NCBI GenBank assembly: GCA_902628085.1
Contig: CACOLO010000001.1
Span: 153,403-217,402, forward strand
From: an uncultured SAR86 cluster bacterium
GTDB lineage: Bacteria > Pseudomonadota > Gammaproteobacteria > Magnimaribacterales > D2472
Direction: 5' to 3'
DNA: 64,000 bases
The notes beneath the pieces were generated by a model, which was not told the DNA's origin, searched no databases, and saw only the letters and a list, made by a program, of their open reading frames with translations. Position numbers and translations under genes: made by a program. This document shows, piece after piece, positions 49,401 to 59,522 of the stretch (position 1 is its first letter; every line of letters begins with the position of its first letter).

Positions 49401-49751
49401 TCCCAACTTAAAGGTCTCAAATGATTTGAAATACTCAATTTCGGGATATCTTTCAAAAATATTCTTTATAGAAGTAATTAAGATATTCTTTGATGAATAT
49501 GCTTCATTAATAATTTGAAATCTATTTTGAATAACCCTTTCTGGACTAGAGAAATGATCATATGGTAGAACTTCAGTCTCTGGAAAGAGTTTTAAGCTAT
49601 CTTCGTCAAAAAAATATTTAAGTCCATTGTAAATATAGATTGATTCCTGATTATTTTTTGTAATTAAACATATAGATTGATCAGAAATTTGAAATTGTTC
49701 GAATATTTCATATATCAAATTTTGATACTTATTGTATTTATTTTTGAACAT
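46467..49751 (-). CDS. mfd: Transcription-repair coupling factor
   Basis: Superfamily 2 helicase motifs GDVGFGKTEVA and DEEHKFG, plus a TRG region. 1094 aa. Confidence 0.95.
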   Translation of the reverse strand: MFKNKYNKYQNLIYEIFEQFQISDQSICLITKNNQESIYIYNGLKYFFDEDSLKLFPETEVLPYDHFSSPERVIQNRFQIINEAYSSKNILITSIKNIFERYPEIEYFKSFETFKLGHKISVLNLVKVIESLDYVKKTNVEVINDYAVRGGIVDIFSPMYENPLRIEIFDDTIESIRFFDSETQLSIENIDKFFLSKGSLFSLNEQKILTFISRWRNYFINDDERYCDIFQKIKNGNIPEGIEIYLPLLFKNTVNFFELFNHHDIYSSLNLFHEIDIYDEFIKQRFNDENIDHKRPLLKPDKLYIKKDELQQILKNVKNINIKEINLQPENFDDLINLINKNSFKENLLIVTSFADQIEELCKKIHHKTQIISDFSEHNNGISLMYGEPVTPFFDERNNTYIFHKEVIDKDYSFTPSVKKDDMNIIKNNDFSLFKENDYVIHENYGLGIYSGLETVDANNTNNEYIKIIYADNENLYVPLSNINKITSYHKKNIDKGIALDSLSSTKWKQKKDRAIKRSIDHAAEILDIESRRQKSSSFSLRIDDKSLQEFNDEFPFTETHDQVVSFNSIQKDLSLIKPMNRVLCGDVGFGKTEVAMRAAYISAFSGKQVVLIVPSTILCDQHFNSFVKRFMNFPVSIKKLNRHTTLKNKKEIINDFNNHKIDILITTHIIFNNEVEFQQTGLLIIDEEHKFGIKQKNFIKDKQSNIHILYLSATPIPRTMNMVYAGLKDFSFLQTPPSNRLNIKSFLKTHTNQLLKEALVREKSRNGQCFIVQNDINKMENLKNEINQLLPEFRIGIAHGKLKKADIQKVMSSFHAGNLDGLICTTIVEMGLDIPNANTMIVINSQNFGLAQLHQLRGRVGRSERQGYCYYLVPNMDIPKLSKDRLASVIKNSKLGEGFLIAQEDLEIRGGGEMLGDKQSGHVENVGMSLYLSMLKSALDNTQESTTINDIEINFYDSAYIDNNYLPSAIERLKIYRKINKIKSSADLIEIKNNLIDRCGKMPPETKNIIENKKLEIIARSIGIKSIKSNKLNTSFLITSDFSESKFDKLISLVKSDPQKFAIDQENKFIYKLNELESITRRQKVTDFLNALL

Positions 49752-49810
49752 ATTGTTGTGTATAATGAGGCACTTATTCTATCAATCAAATTATATTTTA
49801 AAAGAAAATT

Positions 49811-50980
49811 ATGGATATAAACTTTACAAAAGAAGATATTGCTTTTAGAGATGAGGTTAGAGAATGGCTAGCTAATGATTATCCTAAGCATGTTAAAGAA
49901 AAAACTGATAATGGTATTGCCTTAACTAGGCAAGACATGGTCGACTATCACAAAGCTCTTTCAAAAAAAGGTTGGATGGGTTACAACTGGCCTGAAGAAC
50001 ATGGTGGAACAGGGTGGTCATCTACTCAACTATATATCTTTAATAAAGAGTTTGGCTTAGCTGGTTGCCCACCTTTACTTGCATTTGGAGTTAGCATGGT
50101 TGCTCCAGTAATCTGGACTTTCGGAAATGAAGAACAAAAGAAAAAGTTTTTGCCAGATATTCTTAATTTTGATTCATGGTGGTGTCAGGGTTATTCCGAA
50201 CCTGGATCAGGCTCTGATCTAGCATCATTAAAAACGAAAGCTGTATTAGAAGGTGATCATTACATAGTTAATGGCGCTAAAACATGGACAACTCTTGCTC
50301 AAAATGCAGATTGGATATTTTGTCTTGTTAGAACTGATAATAGCGGAATTAAACAAGAGGGTATTTCATTCCTATTAATAGACATGAAAACTCCTGGTAT
50401 AGAGGTTAAACCTATCATAACGATTGATGGAGAACATGAAGTTAACTCTGTTTTCTTTACTGATGTTAAGGTGCCTGTAGAAAATCTTGTTGGTGAAGAA
50501 GGTAAAGGATGGACATACGCTAAATTTTTGTTAGCCCATGAAAGATTTGGTATCGCAGGCGTTGGCGCCTCAATGAGACAGTTAAATAGACTTAAAGGAA
50601 TTATCTCAAAATTAGATAATTCTGAATTGCAGAAAAAAGTAAATGAACTAGAGGTTGCATTATCTGCAATTGAAATAACGGAACTAAGGCTTTTATCAGC
50701 ACTAGAAAACGGAGGACACCCCGGTGCAGAATCTTCAATTCTTAAAATAAAAGGCACTGAGATGCAACAAAACTTATCTGAGTTATTTGTAGAAGCTGCT
50801 GGAGAGTATGCATTAATGTATCCAGGGCCTCATGGATATGAGAGTAATGATAAGCCAGCTGGACCAGAATATGCTGCTGAGGGTTTATCTGGATTTCTCA
50901 ATTTAAGAAAAACATCAATATACGGCGGAAGTAACGAAATACAAAAAAATATATTATCTAAATTTGTACTAGGCGTATAA
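49811..50980 (+). CDS. Acyl-CoA dehydrogenase (catalytic-type subunit)
   Basis: GYSEPGSGSDL and NGAKTWTT blocks. Glu in LLAHERFGIAG aligns with the IVD/LCAD-position catalytic base. C-terminal IYGGSNEIQ. Confidence 0.85.
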   Translation: MDINFTKEDIAFRDEVREWLANDYPKHVKEKTDNGIALTRQDMVDYHKALSKKGWMGYNWPEEHGGTGWSSTQLYIFNKEFGLAGCPPLLAFGVSMVAPVIWTFGNEEQKKKFLPDILNFDSWWCQGYSEPGSGSDLASLKTKAVLEGDHYIVNGAKTWTTLAQNADWIFCLVRTDNSGIKQEGISFLLIDMKTPGIEVKPIITIDGEHEVNSVFFTDVKVPVENLVGEEGKGWTYAKFLLAHERFGIAGVGASMRQLNRLKGIISKLDNSELQKKVNELEVALSAIEITELRLLSALENGGHPGAESSILKIKGTEMQQNLSELFVEAAGEYALMYPGPHGYESNDKPAGPEYAAEGLSGFLNLRKTSIYGGSNEIQKNILSKFVLGV

Positions 50981-50983
50981 AAA

Positions 50984-52075
50984 ATGAATCTAAATTATAG
51001 CGAAGAACAAACAATGCTTCGCGAGCAAATCCAAAAGTTTTGCGAATCTGAATATGACTTCTATAAAAGAGAAGATATAGTCAAATCTGACAGTGACTTT
51101 GATCCAAATGTATGGAAACTTTTTGCTGAACAAGGCTGGTTATCTATGCCTTTTTCAGAAGATGCTGGTGGACTTGGCTTTGGTGCAATTGAACTATCAA
51201 TATTATTTGAAGAATTTGGTAAGTCACTAGTAATAGAGCCGTATCTAGCTACTGTGGTTCTTTCTGGATCAATTTTGGATAAATCATCCTATGAATCTAA
51301 AAATCAAATAATTGAACAGATATGCTCTGGAGAAATGCACGTCTCATTTGCATATGCAGAAGTTAATAAAAGCTATGATTATTCATCACCGAATACAACA
51401 CTTGATTCTGGTAACTGTTTAAATGGAACAAAAACCCTGGTTTTAAATGGTGCTAATGCACAAAAATTAATAGTTTCATGTTCAAAAGGGGATGAACTAA
51501 CTTTAGTTATACTTGATTCAAATACAAAAGGGGTATCTATTAATTCTTTTTCAACAATCGACGGCCAGTCATGCTCAGAAATATCATTTGAAAATGTTCA
51601 ACTAGATTCATTAAATATAATTGCAACCGCAGATGAAGCAAAAAGACTAATAGATGAATCAATTAATCTTGCGACTTTATGTGTAAGTGCTGAAGCTGTG
51701 GGTTGTATGGAATCTTGTTACTTAAAAACATTAGAATACACAAAAGGAAGAGAACAGTTTGGACAACCTATATCTAATTTTCAAGTATTACAACATAGAA
51801 TGGTAGATATGTTTATTGAGTCCGAGTTAGCAAAATCACTTCTAATTAAAGCTATGCTTGAAGTTAACAACAATTCAGATGATATGTTTAAACATGTATC
51901 TGCACTCAAGTCATATATTGGTAAATCTGGTAAGCTTTCAGCAAAAGAAGCAGTCCAACTTCATGGCGGCATGGGTGTAAGTGAAGAAATGATGATAGGT
52001 CATTACCTCAAAAAAATGATATCCATTGATGCCCTTTTTGGAAATGCTGATTATCATCTTAAGAAAATGTCCTGA
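50984..52075 (+). CDS. Acyl-CoA dehydrogenase family protein (probable non-catalytic partner)
   Basis: ACAD fold blocks (REQFGQPISNFQVLQHRM, LHGGMG), but no Glu at either canonical catalytic-base position in my hand alignment. Confidence 0.8.
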   Translation: MNLNYSEEQTMLREQIQKFCESEYDFYKREDIVKSDSDFDPNVWKLFAEQGWLSMPFSEDAGGLGFGAIELSILFEEFGKSLVIEPYLATVVLSGSILDKSSYESKNQIIEQICSGEMHVSFAYAEVNKSYDYSSPNTTLDSGNCLNGTKTLVLNGANAQKLIVSCSKGDELTLVILDSNTKGVSINSFSTIDGQSCSEISFENVQLDSLNIIATADEAKRLIDESINLATLCVSAEAVGCMESCYLKTLEYTKGREQFGQPISNFQVLQHRMVDMFIESELAKSLLIKAMLEVNNNSDDMFKHVSALKSYIGKSGKLSAKEAVQLHGGMGVSEEMMIGHYLKKMISIDALFGNADYHLKKMS

Positions 52076-52117
52076 TTTCTCTTTTAGGTATTTAATAAAA
52101 ACATTTATAATTAAAGT

Positions 52118-53620
52118 ATGGGAGACGAGAGGGATATAAATTTTCAATCCACAGAGCGTCAGAAAAGAATCTTACCCGAAGATTCATTTGGTGATTGGAA
52201 ATGGAGAGAAGCGCTTGCAGAATTAATGGTTCCATTAATTGGTTCATTGTATAGAGATGGAGTTAATCTCATGATTTATGGAAAATCTCTAGTGAATGAG
52301 TCTCCAGTTGCAATAATGAAAGCACATAGGTTTGCAAGACAGTCTGATAATAATGAATTAAGTGAATTTGAAACTTATCCAATGATAGAGTACATAAGTA
52401 CACTAAATCTTCATGATTGTGAAATTGATATAGGCGAAATTGCAGTTAAGTGTCCTTTTTTTGATGAGATTAAAGAAGATCAATCAAAAATTAAAGATTA
52501 TTTGAATAAAGAGCTTGAATCTGTAATAGATGTAGAAACTGTTAGACCAGACGTACCAAAGTCAATAGTTCTTTATGGTTTTGGAAGGATTGGAAGACTT
52601 TTGGCAAGAATGATGACGCAAACTACTGGTCCAGGTAACTACTTTAGAATTAAAGCTATTGTAATTAGAAAAGCTTCTGATGATGATATTTTCAAAAGAG
52701 CAAGTCTACTTTCTCGAGATTCTGTTCATGGACCTTTTGACGGAACAGTTAGGGTTGATGAAGAAAATACATCATTAGTTGTAAATGGAAACGCAATAAA
52801 AGTAATTTATGCTTCAAGCCCAGATGAAGTTAAATATGCAGATCACAACATTATTGATCCAATTGTTATTGATAACACAGGTGTATGGAGAGATGAGGAC
52901 AGTCTTTCAAAACACTTAAAATCTGGAGCTAGCAAAGTTATATTAACAGCACCTGCAAAAGGTGATATTAAAAATATTGTTTTTGGAATCAACGATTATA
53001 TTTTAAATGATAATGATGCCATTATATCTGCAGCTTCATGCACAACTAATGCAATTGTGCCTGTTTTAAATGCCATAAATGATGAATACTCAATTGAAGG
53101 TGGACATATTGAAACAGTTCATGCTTATACAAATGATCAGAATCTTATAGATAACTTTCATAAAGGTGACAGAAGAGGTCGTGGCGCTCCTCTGAATATG
53201 GTGATTACTACAACAGGAGCTGTTAAAGCTGTTGCAAAAGCGTTGCCTGAACTTGAAGGTAAATTGACTGGTAATGCCATAAGAGTACCTACTCCAAATG
53301 TAAGTTTAGCAATACTATCACTTCAACTTAATAAAGAGGTAAGCGTAACTGATGTTAATAACTACCTCAGAACTGTAGCATTTCATTCACAATATAGAGA
53401 AATAATCGGGTATGTAAATTCATCAGAAATTGTATCAACTGATTTTTATTCTAGCCCTTTTGCTTCAGTAATTGACTCACAAGCGACAATTGCATCAAAT
53501 AAAAGCATAACTCTATATTGTTGGTATGATAACGAATATGGCTATTCAAAACAGGTACTTGGATTAGTTAAAAAAGTAGCTAATATTGAACTTCCAAGAT
53601 TACCTAAACCAATTGTTTAA
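52118..53620 (+). CDS. Glyceraldehyde-3-phosphate dehydrogenase, long form with N-terminal extension
   Basis: YGFGRIGR begins at about residue 150. Catalytic ASCTTNAIVP and WYDNEYGYS are present. 500 aa. Confidence 0.85.
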   Translation: MGDERDINFQSTERQKRILPEDSFGDWKWREALAELMVPLIGSLYRDGVNLMIYGKSLVNESPVAIMKAHRFARQSDNNELSEFETYPMIEYISTLNLHDCEIDIGEIAVKCPFFDEIKEDQSKIKDYLNKELESVIDVETVRPDVPKSIVLYGFGRIGRLLARMMTQTTGPGNYFRIKAIVIRKASDDDIFKRASLLSRDSVHGPFDGTVRVDEENTSLVVNGNAIKVIYASSPDEVKYADHNIIDPIVIDNTGVWRDEDSLSKHLKSGASKVILTAPAKGDIKNIVFGINDYILNDNDAIISAASCTTNAIVPVLNAINDEYSIEGGHIETVHAYTNDQNLIDNFHKGDRRGRGAPLNMVITTTGAVKAVAKALPELEGKLTGNAIRVPTPNVSLAILSLQLNKEVSVTDVNNYLRTVAFHSQYREIIGYVNSSEIVSTDFYSSPFASVIDSQATIASNKSITLYCWYDNEYGYSKQVLGLVKKVANIELPRLPKPIV

Positions 53621-53706
53621 AACCATAGAAACAAAGGCTTTTTAGCCGTATAATTCTATTGTTTTTAACAGTTTCAAAGTAACTTTATAAAGGCACACAA
53701 ATAAAA

Positions 53707-55014
53707 GTGATTAAAATATCAAAAGGTCTTGATTTACCAATATCAGGATCTCCATCTTTAGATATTAGTGATGAGCCAAAGGTCTCAAGCGTTGCTCTAT
53801 TGTCTAACGATTATGTTGGTATGAAGCCAACAATGTTTTTTAAAGAAGGTGATCATGTTAATTGTGGTGAAAAAATATTTGAAGACAAAAAAAACAAAGG
53901 TGTTTTTTATTGTGCTCCAGGGTCAGGATTAATCAAAGCCGTAAATAGAGGAGATAAAAGAAAATTTATTTCTATAGAAATAGATTTAGATAATGAGGAA
54001 GAGTTCATAGAATTTAATGATCAAGAGAATTTTATTAATCTGTTGCAAGAAACTGGTTTATGGAATTCTTTTAGAACAAGACCATTTAACAGAACACCTG
54101 CTATAAGTGATATTCCAAAGGGAATATTTATCAATTGTTGCGATACTAATCCTTTATCTGTAGATCCATATGAAATCATCAAATATGATCAAGATTTATT
54201 TGATTTAGGGCTAGAAATATTAGTTAAAAAATTTGAATGCGACATATACGTAAATTATCAAAATGATAAATTTGAGAAAAATAATAAATCTGTGACTTAC
54301 ACACAATTCTCAGGACCACATCCTGCTGGCTTGAGCAGTACACATATATCACAACTTTGCCCAGTGAATCTTAATAAAATAGTATGGACAATTGGTTATC
54401 AAGACATAATTTCAATTGGACATCTAATGCAATACAAAACATTACGTACTTCAAAAATCATAGCTATCGGAGGTCCTTCTGTGTATGAACCATCATTGAT
54501 TAGAACTCGAATAGCCGGAAATATTGATGAAATAACTGCCGGAAAGATTAACCCTAACTCTAGAATTATTTCTGGTTCAGTTTTACATGGGCATCAATCT
54601 GATGGTGTTATGAACTATTTAGGCATTTATGATAATCAAATTTCAGCAATACCTGATGAAGTGAATGAAATATTCATGAATTGGTTAATGCCAGGCAAGA
54701 ATTTACATTCTAAATTAAATGTATTTATTTCTTCATTTTTAAAACCTAAAGAATTTATTTTTAATACATCTATAGGAGGCGGGAATAGAGCAATTGTTCC
54801 TGTTAGTTCATATGAGGAAGTAATTCCTATGAATATTTTAGTTACTCAGTTATTAAAATCTTTAGTTGTTTCAGATACTGAAATGGCAATCGATTTAGGT
54901 ATGCTGGAACTAGTACCAGAGGACTTAGCATTATGTTCGTATGTATGCCCAAGTAAGTACGATTACTCTTCTATTTTAATGGATAATTTAAATAAAATTT
55001 TTAACGAACTATGA
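53707..55014 (+). CDS. nqrA: Na+-translocating NADH:quinone oxidoreductase subunit A
   Basis: The GTG start gives VIKISKGLDLPISG, like Vibrio NqrA. First gene of the nqr operon. Confidence 0.9.
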   Translation: MIKISKGLDLPISGSPSLDISDEPKVSSVALLSNDYVGMKPTMFFKEGDHVNCGEKIFEDKKNKGVFYCAPGSGLIKAVNRGDKRKFISIEIDLDNEEEFIEFNDQENFINLLQETGLWNSFRTRPFNRTPAISDIPKGIFINCCDTNPLSVDPYEIIKYDQDLFDLGLEILVKKFECDIYVNYQNDKFEKNNKSVTYTQFSGPHPAGLSSTHISQLCPVNLNKIVWTIGYQDIISIGHLMQYKTLRTSKIIAIGGPSVYEPSLIRTRIAGNIDEITAGKINPNSRIISGSVLHGHQSDGVMNYLGIYDNQISAIPDEVNEIFMNWLMPGKNLHSKLNVFISSFLKPKEFIFNTSIGGGNRAIVPVSSYEEVIPMNILVTQLLKSLVVSDTEMAIDLGMLELVPEDLALCSYVCPSKYDYSSILMDNLNKIFNEL

Positions 55015-56240
55015 AAATAATTAGAAATTATTTAAATAATGTTAAACCAAATTTTGTTGGAGAGGGTAAATATACAACTTGGTTTCCATTATTTGATGCA
55101 ATAGAGAATTTAGTATTTTCATATGGAAAGAAAACAAAAAATCCAATACATGTAAGAGATGCTGTTGATATACAAAAAGTAATGGTTACAGTATGGCTTG
55201 CTACTTTTCCAGCTATGTTTTTTGGGATGTATAATCTTGGAGCCAATTCATTAGAATATTTAGAATCTATTGGTCAACAAAATACTGGTGACTGGCATCA
55301 TTATTTTGTAAACATGGTGGGGTATGATGCTAATAGCTTTATTGCAAAACTATGGTTTGGTGCATGTTATTTTTTACCAATATATTTTGTTGTATTTACT
55401 GTTGGTATAGCTTGGGAGGCCTTATTTGCTGTTGTAAGAAAACATGAAATTAATGAAGGTGCATTTGTTTCAACTGTTTTATTTTCTCTAAGCTGTCCAC
55501 CAGACATACCTTTGTGGCAAGCTGCAATGGGTATATCGTTTGGTCTTGTAATTGGAAAAGAAATTTTCGGTGGAACAGGAAAAAACTTTTTAAATCCAGC
55601 ACTTACAGGTAGAGCATTTTTATACTTTGCATATCCAGCTCAAATCTCCGGTGACAAAGTTTGGGTTGCAGGTATATCAGATTACAATATTATCCCTGAG
55701 GGTTATAGCGGTGCAACAGCTTTAGGCATGGCTGCTGAGAGTGGTATGGCAGGTATTACAAATTCTTATACTTGGATGGATGCATTCTTAGGAAATATCC
55801 CAGGCTCAGTTGGTGAGACATCTATAATTGCAATATTAATTGGTATGGTTATTTTATTAATGACTAAAGTTGCTTCATACCGAATAATTTTAGGAACGTT
55901 TATTGGAATGATTCTTATGTCATCAATTTTAAATATTGTTGGTTCTGAGACTAATCAAATGTTTTACATTCCTTGGTACTGGCATGCGGTTATAGGTAGT
56001 TTTGCATTTGGCTTAGTATTTATGGCAACTGAACCTGTCTCAGGCTCAGGCACTAATACTGGTAGATGGATATACGGTATTGTTATTGGTGTTACAGTAA
56101 TTTTGATAAGAGTTATAAATCCAGCCTTCCCAGAGGGTATGATGTTAGCTATATTATTTGCAAATTTATTAGCTCCTGTAATAGATCATCTGGTGGTCAT
56201 GTCTAATATTAAAAAAAGAAAAGCTTTATATAATGAATGA
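55011..56240 (+). CDS. nqrB: Na+-NQR subunit B
   Basis: Polytopic protein with the FMN attachment region GYSGATALG. Confidence 0.95.
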   Translation: MKIIRNYLNNVKPNFVGEGKYTTWFPLFDAIENLVFSYGKKTKNPIHVRDAVDIQKVMVTVWLATFPAMFFGMYNLGANSLEYLESIGQQNTGDWHHYFVNMVGYDANSFIAKLWFGACYFLPIYFVVFTVGIAWEALFAVVRKHEINEGAFVSTVLFSLSCPPDIPLWQAAMGISFGLVIGKEIFGGTGKNFLNPALTGRAFLYFAYPAQISGDKVWVAGISDYNIIPEGYSGATALGMAAESGMAGITNSYTWMDAFLGNIPGSVGETSIIAILIGMVILLMTKVASYRIILGTFIGMILMSSILNIVGSETNQMFYIPWYWHAVIGSFAFGLVFMATEPVSGSGTNTGRWIYGIVIGVTVILIRVINPAFPEGMMLAILFANLLAPVIDHLVVMSNIKKRKALYNE

Positions 56241-57006
56241 ATCAATAATTAAAACACTAGCAGTAGCATTTTCAGTTTGTCTAGTATGTTCACTGATTGT
56301 TTCGGCATCTGCGGTTAGTCTTCGTGATTTACAAAAAGAAAACAAACTTAATGATAAAAGATTAAAAGTTCTGCAAGTTGCAGGAATATATGATCAAAAC
56401 ATATCTATTAGTGATCAGTTTAATCAGCTTGAATCAAAATTCATTGATTTTGACTCAGGAATGTTGATGGCTGAATATAATAATTTTAATATTGATGAAT
56501 ATGATCAAGTTGTTGTAACAAAAGATCCTGCTTTATCATCTGAAGTTCCTGCCTCCGAAGATATTGCAATAATAAAAAATCGTGAAAATGTTGGAAAAAT
56601 TTATATCTTAAGAGATGATCTAGATAATATAGAAAAATTAATTTTGCCAATTAGAGGCTATGGTCTTTGGGGTACCTTATATGGCTATATAGCAATTGAA
56701 AGTGATTTTAATACTGTATCAGGTATAGAATTTTATGATCATAAGGAGACACCCGGTCTTGGTGCAGAAGTTGATAACCCTCGTTGGAAATCGTCGTGGA
56801 AAGGTAAAAAAATCTATAACAATGATCAAGTAGCATTAGAAGTTATTAAAGGTAAAGTTGATACAGGCGATATAGAGTCTGAATATAAAATAGATGGTCT
56901 GTCTGGAGCAACTATTACAAGTAGAGGGGTTACTAATATGGTTTCATATTGGTTTAGTGACTCAGGATATGCAAATCTTTTGAAGGAATTAAATTATGAA
57001 TCTTAA
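56233..57006 (+). CDS. nqrC: Na+-NQR subunit C
   Basis: Single TM helix and the FMN attachment motif [13 protein letters not shown]. Confidence 0.9.
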   Translation: MNESIIKTLAVAFSVCLVCSLIVSASAVSLRDLQKENKLNDKRLKVLQVAGIYDQNISISDQFNQLESKFIDFDSGMLMAEYNNFNIDEYDQVVVTKDPALSSEVPASEDIAIIKNRENVGKIYILRDDLDNIEKLILPIRGYGLWGTLYGYIAIESDFNTVSGIEFYDHKETPGLGAEVDNPRWKSSWKGKKIYNNDQVALEVIKGKVDTGDIESEYKIDGLSGATITSRGVTNMVSYWFSDSGYANLLKELNYES

Positions 57007-57682
57007 ACGATATCAAGAGGTCATAATCAATCCTCTAATAAAAGAAAACCCTATTACACTTCAAATATTAGGTATTTGTTCTGCTTTGGCAGTCACAAAT
57101 AATTTATCAGTAACGATGGTGATGTGTGTCGCAGTAACTAGTGTTATATCTTTTTCAAATCTTTTTATCTCACTGATTAGAAACTATATTCCTACAAGTA
57201 TCAGAATTATTGTACAGATGACTATTATCGCATCACTTGTAATTGTTGTTGATGAACTTTTAAAAGCATATGACTATGAGACAAGTAAGAAATTATCAGT
57301 ATTTGTTGGATTAATAATTACTAACTGCATTGTAATGGGTAGGGCTGAAGCATTTGCAATGAAAGAAAAACCATTTGTTAGTTTTCTTGATGGATTAGGT
57401 AATGGAATTGGTTACAGTATTATTCTTATTGGAGTAGCTTTCATTAGAGAGTTATTTGGTTCAGGAACATTGTTTGGGTATGAGATACTGCCATTAGTTT
57501 CAAATGGTGGTTGGTATATGGGAAATAATTTACTACTTTTACCACCAAGTTCATTCATCATAATTGGTTTATTTATATGGCTAATTAGATCACTACAAAA
57601 AGAACAAGTAGAAGAAGACGACTTTGTTGTGTCAAAGCATTCTACATCTCCCGATCTAACAAAGAGAGAAATAAATGTTTGA
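56996..57682 (+). CDS. nqrD: Na+-NQR subunit D
   Basis: [11 protein letters not shown] and [12 protein letters not shown] motifs. Confidence 0.95.
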   Translation: MNLKRYQEVIINPLIKENPITLQILGICSALAVTNNLSVTMVMCVAVTSVISFSNLFISLIRNYIPTSIRIIVQMTIIASLVIVVDELLKAYDYETSKKLSVFVGLIITNCIVMGRAEAFAMKEKPFVSFLDGLGNGIGYSIILIGVAFIRELFGSGTLFGYEILPLVSNGGWYMGNNLLLLPPSSFIIIGLFIWLIRSLQKEQVEEDDFVVSKHSTSPDLTKREINV

Positions 57683-58286
57683 ACACTATTTAAATATATT
57701 TATAACAACTGTTTTTATTGAAAATATTGCATTGTCACTTTTTCTAGGCATGTGTACCTTTATCGCCATTTCAAAAAAAATAGATGCAGCTTTTGGTCTA
57801 GGTGTTGCTGTAATAGTGGTATGTTTATTAACTGTTCCTCTTAATAATCTAATATATAACTATATTCTTAGAGAAGATGCTTTAACGTGGTTAGGAATAG
57901 AGGGAACTAATTTAGAATTTGTAGAATTGATAAGTTATATAGGTGTTATAGCAGCTTCTGTTCAAATACTTGAAATGTTTTTGGATAAATATGTTCCAGC
58001 TTTGTATAATGCACTTGGTCAATTTCTACCACTTATCACTGTAAATTGCGCAATATTGGGAGCTTCATTATTTATGGTTGAAAAAGATTTATTATTTACT
58101 GAAAGTATTGTTTATGGTTTTGGTGCAGGATTTGGTTGGGCATTGGCAATTGTGGTACTCGCTGGTATTAGAGAAAAATTGAAATATTCAGACATACCTG
58201 AAGGTTTAAAAGGCTTGGGAACTACTTTTATTATTGTTGGATTAATGAGCTTTGGTTTTATGTCATTTGGAGGAATATCTTTGTAG
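57675..58286 (+). CDS. nqrE: Na+-NQR subunit E
   Basis: FLGMCTF and ITVNCAILG motifs. Confidence 0.95.
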   Translation: MFEHYLNIFITTVFIENIALSLFLGMCTFIAISKKIDAAFGLGVAVIVVCLLTVPLNNLIYNYILREDALTWLGIEGTNLEFVELISYIGVIAASVQILEMFLDKYVPALYNALGQFLPLITVNCAILGASLFMVEKDLLFTESIVYGFGAGFGWALAIVVLAGIREKLKYSDIPEGLKGLGTTFIIVGLMSFGFMSFGGISL

Positions 58287-58287
58287 T

Positions 58288-59514
58288 ATGAGTATTGATT
58301 TATTGTTAGGCGTCATTTCATTTAGTGGAATAATTCTTCTTCTTGTTTTTGTTATTATTATTGCAAGATCTCAATTAGTATCAACAGGAGATGTATCAAT
58401 TGAAATAAATGGAGATTCTCAAAACCCAATAGTTGTCCCAGCAGGTTCAAAATTATTAACTACTTTAGCTGATAACAATATATTTTTAGCTTCAGCTTGT
58501 GGAGGTGGTGGCACATGTAGTCAATGCAAATGTCAGGTATTTGAGGGCGGCGGTTCAATACTTGCCGCTGAAGAATCTCATTTTAATGCTACTCAAAAAA
58601 AAGATGGCTGGCGTCTATCATGTCAAGTTCCAGTTAAAAACGATTTAAAAATACAAGTTCCAGACGATGTTTTTGGTGTTAAAGAATGGGAATGTGAAGT
58701 AATATCAAATGATAACGTTGCAACCTTCATTAAAGAACTTGTTCTAAAACTACCTGAGGGAGAGAATGTTGATTTTAGAGCTGGTGGTTATGTTCAACTT
58801 GAAGCACCTGCCTATGATTTAGATTACAAAGAATTCGATATTTCAGACGAATATCATGAAGATTGGGACAGATTTAAAATCTGGGACAATAAATCAACTA
58901 CATCAGAGCCAGTTATAAGAGCATATTCAATGGCAAATTATCCCGAAGAAAAAGGAATAATAAAATTTAATATCAGAATTGCATCACCGCCTCCAGGTCA
59001 AGACGTACCTCCAGGTTTAATGTCTTCTTGGACTTTCAATCTAAAACCAGGCGATAAAGTTAAAGTTTTTGGCCCTTTTGGTGAGTTTTTTGCTAAAGAA
59101 ACTTCAGCTGAAATGGTTTTTGTTGGTGGCGGTGCTGGTATGGCACCAATGCGCTCTCATATATTTGATCAACTTTTAAGAATAAATACTGATCGTAAGA
59201 TAACTTTTTGGTACGGTGCTAGAAGTTTAAAAGAAATGTTTTATGTTGATGAATTTAATGAATTAGCTGATAAATATGACAATTTTGAATGGCACGTAGC
59301 TTTATCTGATCCATTACCTGAAGACGATTGGAGTGGTGATACAGGTTTTATTCATAATGTACTTTATGAAAATTATTTAAAGAAACATGATGCACCAGAA
59401 GATTGTGAATATTATATGTGTGGCCCACCTATGATGAATAAAGCTGTTATTGATATGCTGCTAAATCTTGGAGTTGAGCCAGAAAATATTGCCCTTGATG
59501 ACTTTGGTGGCTAA
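58288..59514 (+). CDS. nqrF: Na+-NQR subunit F
   Basis: TM anchor, 2Fe-2S ligands [12 protein letters not shown], and FAD/NADH domain RAYSMAN and [11 protein letters not shown] 58288 (MSIDLL) gives 408 aa. The listed 58252 start overlaps nqrE. Confidence 0.95.
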   Translation: MSIDLLLGVISFSGIILLLVFVIIIARSQLVSTGDVSIEINGDSQNPIVVPAGSKLLTTLADNNIFLASACGGGGTCSQCKCQVFEGGGSILAAEESHFNATQKKDGWRLSCQVPVKNDLKIQVPDDVFGVKEWECEVISNDNVATFIKELVLKLPEGENVDFRAGGYVQLEAPAYDLDYKEFDISDEYHEDWDRFKIWDNKSTTSEPVIRAYSMANYPEEKGIIKFNIRIASPPPGQDVPPGLMSSWTFNLKPGDKVKVFGPFGEFFAKETSAEMVFVGGGAGMAPMRSHIFDQLLRINTDRKITFWYGARSLKEMFYVDEFNELADKYDNFEWHVALSDPLPEDDWSGDTGFIHNVLYENYLKKHDAPEDCEYYMCGPPMMNKAVIDMLLNLGVEPENIALDDFGG

Positions 59515-59522
59515 TCTATAGT

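Noticed and set aside
50299-50757. 152-aa antisense ORF inside the first acyl-CoA dehydrogenase gene. Similar antisense ORFs lie at 18559-18888, 22221-22553 and 43201-43527.
   Set aside because: The Ser/Pro/Thr-rich, low-complexity translations are typical of the reverse frame of a genuine gene. The sense-strand proteins have clear family motifs.
58252-58287. Listed upstream start of nqrF overlapping nqrE
   Set aside because: ATG 58288 gives the canonical 408-aa NqrF, which begins with the TM anchor. The upstream codons are the nqrE C-terminus read in another frame.
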